This document shows, piece after piece, positions 56,501 to 64,000 of a stretch of 64,000 nucleotides of DNA. This DNA comes from a bacterium (lineage in GTDB: Bacteria; Patescibacteriota; Gracilibacteria; UBA1369; GCA-2718715). Under the pieces are notes generated by a model, which worked only from the letters and a program-made list of their open reading frames with translations, did not search any database and was not told the origin of the DNA. The stretch's first letter is position 1. Each line of letters starts with the position of its first letter. The DNA lies in the NCBI GenBank assembly GCA_002718715.1, contig PBFJ01000014.1, positions 12,447-76,446 on the forward strand, given 5' to 3'. Position numbers and translations under genes: made by a program.

Positions 56501-57918
56501 AAATCTAATTCAAAGACTTCTTTAACATTTGATAATTGTTTTATTCTATTATGAGTCTGAGAGGATGTTGTATTGCCAATAAAGGCGTTTACTCTTTTTA
56601 ATTGTTCCAAAACTTTAGTGGCATCAGAATCGAATTCAACTAAAGAATTTAATAACTCATTGATGAAATCATCAATCAATGTATGTAAAACTGCTCTTCT
56701 AGCTGAACGGTTAGGCTGTGATTTAATTTCTTTTAATTCCTCTAAAATAGCATTAGCATTTTCTTTTGAAATATTTTCTAATCTAAGAATTTGAGTAAAA
56801 ATTTTAAAATTTAAATCTCTTAAATTTGATTGATCTATATTTTCAAATATTTCTACAAAAAGATCGGAATTCGAAAATAAAACTTCTGAATTTTCATCAA
56901 TAATTTGTAGTAGATCAGTATATGACTCAAAATCAAATTTGTTATAAAATTTTATAAAAATAGGAATACTGTTGGTCGATTTGAAATCATAATCATCAAG
57001 AATACTGTAGATATCATCGTTTAAACGAAACCTCATAAATTTTTGAGATAAAGCGTTATTAAATTCACTTAAATAATCCTGATATTTCGGAGAATCTTTA
57101 TACTTGAAAGCTAATGTAAAAGCATCATAATTATTAAATAAATAATCAATATGATTTATGATGAACTGTTCATCGTAAAATTCATTTCGAATAAAAAAGT
57201 TAAGAATAACATTTATTTTTGATGCAAAAGTGCTTCTTTTAAACAGTTCTAAAATTGTATCATTTGAAAAATTATTAAGAATTTCTTCATGTCTTTCCAT
57301 AAATAAACTTAACTTTTCAAATCCACCGTATCTTGGCTGTGGTCCAAAGGACATATCATTCGAATCTAAAATTTGAACACATAATTTTTGAATTTCTGGT
57401 TGATTTGAAAAATTATCAGCAATTAATTTAAATGAATTGTTAAAATAATAATTATTAAGGAGCCTTTCATGTGGCAGAAATAAATTTAAAAAATTATTAA
57501 AACTTTGGGGGGAAGAAAATTGTTCTTGAAGAGATAAAATTTCGAAAAATTGATTAATTTTTTTGTTTTGTTTTTTTACTATTTCAAGACATAAACTTAC
57601 TGATTCCCATTTAAACATATCACTTTTAAGAGTTGAATATAGTTTTTTTACTTGTTGAGATAATTCTTTTTTATCTAGGAAAAATTCATCTTTCAATAAT
57701 TGATTGATTTGAAGTTTGCAGTTTGAAATAAAAGAAGACTCTTGTCTTTCGACTTCCCTTGCTACTCTTAAAATTTCTTTTTCGTTATCATCACCTAGTA
57801 ATCTTTGAATAGAACTTTGAATGAAGGAAGTTGTTTTATTTATTTCTTTAATGTCTTCGATTTTATACCCCAAAGCTTCCGCTCTTTTAATCAATGAATC
57901 ATTATAAATTTCTACCAT
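53515..57918 (-). CDS. Large hypothetical protein (1467 aa): F/L/N/K-rich helical N-terminus plus a globular C-terminal domain (possibly degenerate GNAT-like)
   Basis: Long ORF; C-terminal ARMGAYLCIAGD...CVGVVML...FGPNP...ACTNR region. Confidence 0.75.
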   Translation of the reverse strand: MVEIYNDSLIKRAEALGYKIEDIKEINKTTSFIQSSIQRLLGDDNEKEILRVAREVERQESSFISNCKLQINQLLKDEFFLDKKELSQQVKKLYSTLKSDMFKWESVSLCLEIVKKQNKKINQFFEILSLQEQFSSPQSFNNFLNLFLPHERLLNNYYFNNSFKLIADNFSNQPEIQKLCVQILDSNDMSFGPQPRYGGFEKLSLFMERHEEILNNFSNDTILELFKRSTFASKINVILNFFIRNEFYDEQFIINHIDYLFNNYDAFTLAFKYKDSPKYQDYLSEFNNALSQKFMRFRLNDDIYSILDDYDFKSTNSIPIFIKFYNKFDFESYTDLLQIIDENSEVLFSNSDLFVEIFENIDQSNLRDLNFKIFTQILRLENISKENANAILEELKEIKSQPNRSARRAVLHTLIDDFINELLNSLVEFDSDATKVLEQLKRVNAFIGNTTSSQTHNRIKQLSNVKEVFELDFILSSKAYFGHQKLFDKLKEVASNSGIEYKEIFEIITSSAGKYSFSEFVNLFDSTEFTSFSAIATVEDFIYLKTVFESNSILGVRFFLKLFNCNTLNQFKPEEFIDFLKTNSSIFTSRFVVGILDEILNISQLDKLKLDKIIIVIQKIKSKNIIKLLDSVDFNLDHPKIKFFLEETQPQKFESILECLINNDLILEYSLNDLDEIYTKLSENRIEVHRISQLTSKEDLRSSMLFEFVLKEPHFIGEIIILEKYFPNKQDLVNFITQNLTTLEKALSNSYQKKDYNLENAFEKLCKNIHDLNTIQEIFKLDFDFLHLINCINFESPIESINILNNLVQNDLSDKDNRYLFSKFNFEELGLNEQTHIYAKFVCKYREQFGYDLLLEFFNKTNLKNQPVENLKYYFEYSKLDGPIDKHIINSFIDVYKSQSKEEAFQIIEKIKIESRNLIDLNLSQDQLEEYRSLPYYISMCKMVYPPGNYSTHEKNATLGDQTSHLDHFTFDRNGYETTLSGLLGYEVKEGMILNPEVIDAYSKRIYKIKDFVNSRDANQESLVSDFNNLVDQIFLANPDNPYIDLDLELNEKILSMILHESLKPAKDRDQNILDLLVIYKYVFQENLADYILESNTSVNKIDDEKSKEYLTLKELSVIYGENMKHIFQNEIFQKSLESPNMPAVQEIFENQAGEKLGVEDFKESQLKKLKASFENTKIPADRKPQMIRGTLNRLVSSNAVDLKDKLEKERFDKEFNVIFEKFSGEFTFEKFQELKSEFLQLRFKFKNNLESLVEQTIGYDINQILQEVNKYQEKLATGKKQRSMNDSNGEVYKKSSKERLIKGYFAKTQETTNARMGAYLCIAGDARMWENPNYFEFVLMDPEKGRCVGVVMLQKIELKNGKKYLFFGPNPFESFLESVSDSACLDFMYERVSQFALDNDFDGVVIPEKEGAVLGACTNRGGEFPNLINQKRIKDRAIIKYGENIHLGGAYSYDSGALIWENENKK

Positions 57919-58002
57919 TGTCTAAAATATTAACTATAATCATATTATCATAGCATGCTTTTGACTTTTTATCAACTCAGGTATCCTGCTTAGTTGTAAG
58001 TT

Positions 58003-58416
58003 TTACTTTTGTTTAAGAACTGTTAAAAATTGACTTCTTAATTGGTCTAAATTTTCATCTATAATTTCAGGAGAGAAATTGTGAGGCGGGATAGTTTCTG
58101 GAATATCTTCTTCTTTAATTTCTCTATAAGCCTCTTGATCAGCGATTTGCCATCCTTTAATTCCGCTGGTTTTAAAGATATCAATGGTTGTTTTTACAAT
58201 AAAATTATCACGCATTGAAATTAAAAATGCCCTTTGTGAATTTGGTACTTCATTAATTCTTTGATAATCATAGTTAATACCTTCGAGAATTCTAAGCGCT
58301 CTATTTGAATCTACGTTAGATAAAAATTGATTATACCTTTGCTCTGCATCAGCATCGTTTTTTAAAGGGTTAACGTTAAAAGTTAAACCTTCCCTTGAAA
58401 TACTTAGTTTTGTCAT
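58003..58416 (-). CDS. Hypothetical protein
   Basis: ORF with promoter TTGACT-16-TAATAT. Confidence 0.65.
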   Translation of the reverse strand: MTKLSISREGLTFNVNPLKNDADAEQRYNQFLSNVDSNRALRILEGINYDYQRINEVPNSQRAFLISMRDNFIVKTTIDIFKTSGIKGWQIADQEAYREIKEEDIPETIPPHNFSPEIIDENLDQLRSQFLTVLKQK

Positions 58417-58495
58417 ATTTTTCTTTAAATGTAAGTATATATATTAAAACTCTATAACAAAAAGTCAAGCATTTGATAACTTGACTTTTATATCT

Positions 58496-58981
58496 TTAAA
58501 GACTGGCGTAGCTAAAAACTTTTTTAAATGGTACACAATAAACCTGGACTTGATCATATTGATTTAAATCCAAGCTTTCAGGAATTTGATAATTTACATT
58601 TCCCTTAGTAGCTTTGATTGGGCCTAAATCATGATAAATATCTTTGTTTTTAGAATTAACTAAATATATATTCAAACTTGGTCCGTTGATGGTTTCAAAA
58701 TTTTCGAACCTTAAGATTCTTTGATTATTTTGTTGTAGAACTAAGGCTTGACCTTTTACGTCATAAGCAGCTTTTTGAAAGTCATTTTGACTTAAAATCT
58801 CAGGCTGACCTTGAATATTTTTCTGCTTAGGATCTTGTAATTCAGAATTTCCTGGTTTTTCAAACGATATTTCTTCATTTTTTTCAAGTACAATAAAAGC
58901 TGGTAAAACTAGGTAATACCCCAGTACAAAAACTAGTATAAATATTGGAATAAGGAATTTTTTTTGAAGTAATTTTTTCAT
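58496..58981 (-). CDS. DM13 domain protein
   Basis: LRFENFETINGPSLNIYL, DLGPIKATKGNVNY, VYCVPF..VF. Confidence 0.9.
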   Translation of the reverse strand: MKKLLQKKFLIPIFILVFVLGYYLVLPAFIVLEKNEEISFEKPGNSELQDPKQKNIQGQPEILSQNDFQKAAYDVKGQALVLQQNNQRILRFENFETINGPSLNIYLVNSKNKDIYHDLGPIKATKGNVNYQIPESLDLNQYDQVQVYCVPFKKVFSYASL

Positions 58982-59016
58982 AATATTTTACAAGATTAAT
59001 TTACATCTTCCGATGA

Positions 59017-59838
59017 TTATCGGTTTAGGGGAAGATTGAAAAAAGTTCCAGAATCACTAGATGTAGAATACATTGGAAGTTTTCCATCCCATTTTTCTAT
59101 TGCCTTAAGCTTAACGTAGTTTTCACCACCTTGTTTTGAAATTGATTCGGCTTGAATACGAATTGCCTCTGCTTCAGCTTTAGCATATTGAATTTTTTGT
59201 TCAGCCTCAAATTTCACTCTCTCTAAATCGTTTTTAGCTTTTAAAGCTTGTTGAACGGCTGTTTGCTTTGCCTCTAAAGCATTGTCGAAACTTTCTGAGA
59301 ACTCCAGGTTGTTTACTGAAACCGCTACAACGTTGATGTTGTGTTGAGTTAATCTTTCTTGAAGAATGGCTCTCATCATTTCTCCAACTTCCGCACGATT
59401 TTGTAGGATTTCTACAGCATCATACTTAGCTGTTGATTGTTTAATTGCTTCATTTACGGCAGGGTAAATCACATTGTATTCATAACCTTTAGAAAGAGTT
59501 TGATAGATTTTATCTACTTTTTCTGGTTGGAGTGAATAATTTACTGAAATAGTTGTAAAAACTGATTGTCCATCTTTTGAAGCGGCTTGACTTTTTTGGA
59601 TGTCAAACCTTTGGACTTTCACATCCATTTTTACAACAGAATCAACAATTGGCATTTTAAAATTAAGTCCTTCATTGAAGACTTTTCCTGTTACTTGTCC
59701 CAAACGAACAACTACTCCTCTTTGTCCCGGTCCTACAATTGTGAAAGTCGATCCTACAAAAAGGATTGCAAGTATTATTAAATAAATAAAACTTTTTTTA
59801 ACTGGAAAGCCATTGGAGCTTAAATCAAATTGGTTCAT
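59017..59838 (-). CDS. SPFH/prohibitin family protein
   Basis: VGPGQRGVVVRLG, EGLNFKMP, ASKDGQ, AEAEAIR, IEKWDGKLP. Confidence 0.93.
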   Translation of the reverse strand: MNQFDLSSNGFPVKKSFIYLIILAILFVGSTFTIVGPGQRGVVVRLGQVTGKVFNEGLNFKMPIVDSVVKMDVKVQRFDIQKSQAASKDGQSVFTTISVNYSLQPEKVDKIYQTLSKGYEYNVIYPAVNEAIKQSTAKYDAVEILQNRAEVGEMMRAILQERLTQHNINVVAVSVNNLEFSESFDNALEAKQTAVQQALKAKNDLERVKFEAEQKIQYAKAEAEAIRIQAESISKQGGENYVKLKAIEKWDGKLPMYSTSSDSGTFFNLPLNR

Positions 59839-59854
59839 TGTATATAGTTAAATT

Positions 59855-60424
59855 TTAGATAAATGGATTTTTAGATTCAAAAGATAAAATTTTTGTTTGA
59901 TTAACTTTATCCCTGGAAATATTATATTTCTTTGCATACTGATAATCAACAGAATCAAAAATTGCATGATTATAATTGAAGCCTAGTTTTTGTGATAGTT
60001 TTTTTACATTTTCTTCATTTGTAGATTCTATCTCAACAAATGGATCTAAAAATGGCCAGGTATCAAGCATGATTTGACAACCATCAATCTCCCAGAGTTC
60101 TCTTTTGGTTTCTTGGAAACTTTTTTGTTTAAATCCTGTAAACTCTAAGAAACTTATAGCTTCTTCAAAAGAATCAATTTTTAATTCTACTTCTTTTTGT
60201 CTATGTATAGAATCATCTTCTTCGAAAACTTTAAGAGTTAAAGTTATTTTATCGAATTCTTTTCTGACTCTAACAAAAGCATTTTTATTTGCAGTTGGTA
60301 AATTAAAATTACTTCGAACTTGTATAAATTCTTTTTGAATTAAAGATGCGCCTAAGCTATTTAATTTTTTTCGTAATTGCTCATGATCAACACATGAAAA
60401 GGTTGCTTCAAATTCAGTTTTCAT
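59855..60424 (-). CDS. CYTH domain protein (class IV adenylate cyclase/triphosphatase-like)
   Basis: EFE, VRVR, LTLK, EVE, QETKRELW, FVEIE. Confidence 0.88.
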   Translation of the reverse strand: MKTEFEATFSCVDHEQLRKKLNSLGASLIQKEFIQVRSNFNLPTANKNAFVRVRKEFDKITLTLKVFEEDDSIHRQKEVELKIDSFEEAISFLEFTGFKQKSFQETKRELWEIDGCQIMLDTWPFLDPFVEIESTNEENVKKLSQKLGFNYNHAIFDSVDYQYAKKYNISRDKVNQTKILSFESKNPFI

Positions 60425-60656
60425 CTTTGTTTTTCTTTAATTTATCATACTCCTTGTAGTAACTTTTTCCCATGTTACCGAAAAAACCTGCAACTTTTCT
60501 TCCATACTCGAAAGCTTTTGGCTCATCTTTAGATGGTTTTTGTTTCTCAAAATTAGCAAGTTTTTTAAAACCTTTAGTTACTAAATTATCAACCGTATTT
60601 TGAACATGAGCAAAGGTTTTACCTATTAATTTTGGGATCTGATTTTTTTTAGTCAT
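60414..60656 (-). CDS. Small basic hypothetical protein (80 aa)
   Basis: Overlaps the CYTH start; the only called gene ending in TGA. Confidence 0.6.
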   Translation of the reverse strand: MTKKNQIPKLIGKTFAHVQNTVDNLVTKGFKKLANFEKQKPSKDEPKAFEYGRKVAGFFGNMGKSYYKEYDKLKKNKDEN

Positions 60657-60708
60657 GTCATAAAATTATTTAATTTATTATAGCAATATAGTTGTGATTT
60701 ACAAAATT

Positions 60709-60745
60709 GCAACCTAGTTGCGTTTTGGGATTACACATGTAAAAT
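60709..60745 (+). promoter_or_regulatory. Putative Zur operator overlapping the znuA promoter
   Basis: Palindrome GCAAC-CTA-GTTGC overlapping TTGCGT-16-TAAAAT; weaker copy GCAAT-ATA-GTTGT at 60683. Confidence 0.55.
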
Positions 60746-60768
60746 ATAATTGTATATAATATTTTGTT

Positions 60769-61764
60769 ATGAAAAAACTATCAATTGCACTTTTAAGCTT
60801 ACTATTAATTGCATGCTCAAACGGTGTGCAAAACAGCCAAGAAAATTTAGCTGCAGACTCTACTGATGTAAAAGTAGCCACAGTAATATACCCTAATGAA
60901 TATATTTTAAATGAACTTTTAGATAACAATGTTTTAGGATTAGCTGGAGACAAGCACTTACACGAGTACAGTCCAAGCGCAAAAGAATTAAGTAGTCTAT
61001 ATGAACAAGATCTAATTGTGATTCAATCTAGAAATTTAGAGAATTTTGTGTGGGAGCTAAAAGATCAATTAAATGAAAAAGGAGTTGAAATTTTAGAGCT
61101 AGAACCTAATGGAAATTACCATACCTGGCTTGACCCAATACGAACAATTGAAAATGCCGAAATTATTACGAATAAGATAATCGAAGTTAAGCCAGATCTA
61201 AAAAACGATCTTAGTAAAAATCTTGAAACTTTAAAAGGAAAATTAGAAAACATTAACTTCGATTATGTTTCTGCATTAGAAAATTGTGAAAGTAGTAGTG
61301 TTTTAGTTTCTCACAACTTTCTAGAGCCTCTTGCAAATAGTTATGGATTCGAAGTTGATTCACTTGTAAATGAAGACCATTTTGTTGGATTTTCAGCTCA
61401 AAAATTTGTAGAATCAATGAAATCAAAACATGAATTTATTCTTAGCGAACCACAATACAAAGAAGATATTCAAGAAGTATTGGGTGATCACGACAAACAC
61501 AAAGGACATGAGGGGCACCATGATGGACACGAAGAGCACCATGATGAACATGAAGAACATCATGATGAAGAGGAAGGACATGAGGGGCACCATGATGATC
61601 ACCATGGACACGGTCATGAAAGTGTAGAGGAAATTTTAGGTGATGACTTGGCAAACTTTGAAGTTTTAGAGATAATACCTATGGAGGATTCAAAAGTTGA
61701 TTATTTTGAAGCCTTAGATAAGAACATAAAAGCTATTAAGACTGCACTAAAATGTCAGAAATAA
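60769..61764 (+). CDS. znuA: Zinc ABC transporter substrate-binding lipoprotein with a His/Glu-rich loop
   Basis: LIACS lipobox, HLHEYSPS, YHTWLDP, VSHN, long H/E tract. Confidence 0.85.
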   Translation: MKKLSIALLSLLLIACSNGVQNSQENLAADSTDVKVATVIYPNEYILNELLDNNVLGLAGDKHLHEYSPSAKELSSLYEQDLIVIQSRNLENFVWELKDQLNEKGVEILELEPNGNYHTWLDPIRTIENAEIITNKIIEVKPDLKNDLSKNLETLKGKLENINFDYVSALENCESSSVLVSHNFLEPLANSYGFEVDSLVNEDHFVGFSAQKFVESMKSKHEFILSEPQYKEDIQEVLGDHDKHKGHEGHHDGHEEHHDEHEEHHDEEEGHEGHHDDHHGHGHESVEEILGDDLANFEVLEIIPMEDSKVDYFEALDKNIKAIKTALKCQK

Positions 61765-62480
61765 AAATTGAAAATCTAAATTTAAAATTTGGAATAAAAA
61801 CTATTCTAGAAGATATAAACCTTGAAATTAATTCAGGTGAATATGTGGGGCTTATTGGTCCAAATGGGGCAGGTAAATCAAGTTTATTAAAATGTATATT
61901 AGGTTTATTACCCCCTACTTCTGGGAGGATAACCATTGAAGATGGTATTAATTTTTCTTACGTTCCTCAATATTTCTTAGGAGAAACTGGCTTTTCAATA
62001 AGCGTTCTGGAGGTAATAAGTATGGGTCTTGAAAATAAATCTATTTTCAATAAAAGCAAAAATTCAAACGATATAAATACTGCTTTAAAAAAAGTTGATT
62101 TGAATCCGAGTATTTTAAAAGAAAACTTTTTAAACTTATCTGGTGGTCAAAAACAAAGAGTCGTTATAGCAAGAGCTTTGGTAGGAAATCCAAATGTTTT
62201 AATATTTGATGAAGCCTTTAGTAATGTAGATATGATTTCAAAAATTAAAATATACGAGCTTTTAGCAAAAATAAACAAAGAAGATAAAACTACAATTATA
62301 TTTGTATCCCATGAAGTTGACACTATCATTCAAAAATGTAAAAGGATAATATGTTTAAATAAGCATCTTCACGAAGGCTGTCACCCTGTGAAATTTATGC
62401 AAGGAAAACTTCAAAGATCAGAAGATAAGACTTTACAAATAAATCAAATTCACCATCACCATAACCATGAAAAATGTTAG
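61752..62480 (+). CDS. znuC: Zinc ABC transporter ATPase
   Basis: GPNGAGKSS, LSGGQKQR, FDE, VSH, His-rich tail. Confidence 0.88.
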   Translation: MSEIKIENLNLKFGIKTILEDINLEINSGEYVGLIGPNGAGKSSLLKCILGLLPPTSGRITIEDGINFSYVPQYFLGETGFSISVLEVISMGLENKSIFNKSKNSNDINTALKKVDLNPSILKENFLNLSGGQKQRVVIARALVGNPNVLIFDEAFSNVDMISKIKIYELLAKINKEDKTTIIFVSHEVDTIIQKCKRIICLNKHLHEGCHPVKFMQGKLQRSEDKTLQINQIHHHHNHEKC

Positions 62481-63280
62481 AATTTTTAAACTATACCTTT
62501 ATCGTTAGAAGCTTATTAGTCGGAAGTTTATTTTCAGTCTTTGCTGCCTTTTTGGGTAATTTCTTAGTGGCTGGTAAAAGATCCAATATGTCAGATATGC
62601 TATCTCATTTTAGTTTGGCAGGGGTTGGTCTTGGAATATTTCTAGGTAGTGGAGTTGGACTCCTTCCTATAGTATTTTCTTTGTTAGCTGGTTTTTCACT
62701 TTACTTTTTGTCTAATAAAAGTCATTTAAATAAGGAAGCTTTCAACGTTTTAATTTTATCTTTGGGGTTAGCCTTAGCAATATTTTTTGTGAATATGTCC
62801 CCCTCTTCAAACGTTTCTTTAGAAACCTACTTATTTGGTTCTATTCTGACAATATCTAAATCAGAAGTCTGGATAATTTCTTCCTTTATATTAATTGCCT
62901 TTGGATTATTATTATTTAATTACCAAAAGTTGATTGGATTGGTATTTGATCCTGATTTTTTGAAATCGCAATTTAAAAAAGTTAGAAAATACGAATTACT
63001 TTTAATGGCAGTAACAAGTATTTTTGTTGCAATAAGCCTTAAGATTGTCGGTGGTTTACTTGTAAGTGCCTTTTTGATAATTTCAGTTTTAAGTGCTCAA
63101 CAGATTAGTTCAAGCTTTAAAAATTCTATCTTTCTAAGCATTGGATTTAATCTTGTATCTACTATTAGCGGAATAATTTTATCCTTTTACTATAACATCC
63201 CAACCAGTAGTGCTATTATTTTTGTACTATCAGGAATTTTTATATTTACTTTAATTAGCAAGCGTTATGTACAAAACTAA
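62474..63280 (+). CDS. znuB: Zinc ABC transporter permease
   Basis: SDMLSH..LAGV, YLFGSIL, LKIVGGLLVSA. Confidence 0.88.
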   Translation: MLEFLNYTFIVRSLLVGSLFSVFAAFLGNFLVAGKRSNMSDMLSHFSLAGVGLGIFLGSGVGLLPIVFSLLAGFSLYFLSNKSHLNKEAFNVLILSLGLALAIFFVNMSPSSNVSLETYLFGSILTISKSEVWIISSFILIAFGLLLFNYQKLIGLVFDPDFLKSQFKKVRKYELLLMAVTSIFVAISLKIVGGLLVSAFLIISVLSAQQISSSFKNSIFLSIGFNLVSTISGIILSFYYNIPTSSAIIFVLSGIFIFTLISKRYVQN

Positions 63281-63647
63281 AACCAAAGAATTGATCTACA
63301 ATATTATCAAAGACTCAGAGAAACCAATCTCAGCCTTGGAAATTTCACAATTTTTAAAATCAAAAAATAAGAATCTTCACAAAACTACTGTATATAGAAC
63401 TCTAGAAAAATTATTAGATATGGATTTAATAAATAAAGTAAATTCAGTTTCTGGAATTGTTTTTTATGAATCTTTAGATGAACATCATATTCATATTGAA
63501 TGCAGTAAATGTAAATTAGTAAAGTGTGTAAATGACCAGGAAATTGAAAAGAAACTTTATGAGATCGAAGCTTTAATTAAATTAAAAGGCTTCAAGGTTA
63601 AACAAGAAGATTTAAGCTTCCAAGGAGTCTGTAATTCATGTAACTAA
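63267..63647 (+). CDS. Fur-family transcriptional regulator (probably Zur)
   Basis: TTVYRTL, HHIHIECSKC, GVCNSC; in an operon with znuACB. Confidence 0.9.
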   Translation: MYKTKTKELIYNIIKDSEKPISALEISQFLKSKNKNLHKTTVYRTLEKLLDMDLINKVNSVSGIVFYESLDEHHIHIECSKCKLVKCVNDQEIEKKLYEIEALIKLKGFKVKQEDLSFQGVCNSCN

Positions 63648-64000
63648 GATTTGGTCTTGGCTCCGGCTTTGGATTCAAGATTGGTTTTACTTATAGATTT
63701 ATCTTTTGACATGGCAATTGACAACCCTAGTTTATTTTGATGATTATCTAACACTTTGTAACCAAACTTTTTATAAAATTCTACAGCATAGGGGGATGAA
63801 TCTAAAACAACCAGCTGATGATTTTTAAATATTTTGGACTCTGCAAATTCCAGAAGTTTTTTCCCAATCCCAATCCTATGAAATTTTGGATCCACAAACA
63901 AATTGTGAATTTGATTTTCCTTAAATGCTACCGATCCAACAATTTGACTGTTTAATTCACATACGTAAAAATTAAAATCTTTAGAACTTTGCTTTAGCTT
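63644..64000 (-). CDS. GNAT family N-acetyltransferase (5' end beyond the window)
   Basis: Frame open to the edge; LFVDPKFHRIGIGKKLL, AVEFYKKFGY. Confidence 0.88.
   Translation of the reverse strand, partial: KLKQSSKDFNFYVCELNSQIVGSVAFKENQIHNLFVDPKFHRIGIGKKLLEFAESKIFKNHQLVVLDSSPYAVEFYKKFGYKVLDNHQNKLGLSIAMSKDKSISKTNLESKAGAKTKS

Noticed and set aside
61423..61654. Met-rich and His-rich alternative-frame ORFs
   Set aside because: Frame and strand shadows of the ZnuA His/Glu tract.
50..64000. Genetic code 25 (UGA = Gly)
   Set aside because: Gly-rich conserved genes (rplK, folD, iaaA, PKD proteins) are uninterrupted under table 11.

Overview
AT-rich bacterial chromosome segment (roughly 30% GC by eye), read with the standard code (table 11). 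It has the hallmarks of a Patescibacteria/CPR genome, probably of the Gracilibacteria/Peregrinibacteria neighbourhood: VirB2/TrbC-like CPR pilins, PKD surface proteins, a DUF5663-like protein, a CarS homolog, short A/T-rich leaders without obvious Shine-Dalgarno motifs, and many orphan genes. The taxonomy is inference. Housekeeping genes: secE-nusG-(orphan)-rplK-rplA, rpsT, DUF1385-dut-tmk-folD, ppaC, iaaA, a Liv-type ABC importer, and znuACB plus a Fur/Zur regulator. No rRNA, canonical tRNA, CRISPR array, transposase, integrase or reverse transcriptase was seen. Best leads: (1) an unannotated 49-nt tRNA-like mini-RNA gene (40918-40966, minus strand) with a complete alanine acceptor stem (G3:U70, A73, encoded CCA), its own promoter and a terminator; (2) two convergent operons at 1-11.3 kb, each starting with a paralogous ~122-aa gene followed by a large effector-like protein (a glycine-zipper membrane-inserting protein, and a 2573-aa modular pentapeptide-repeat protein); (3) a triple-pilin / pilin-PKD surface-appendage locus; (4) a divergent lytic-transglycosylase-like protein with an internal twin-arginine-like anchor; (5) many sigma70-type promoters with 16-bp spacers. 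All calls are by eye; no database searches were run.
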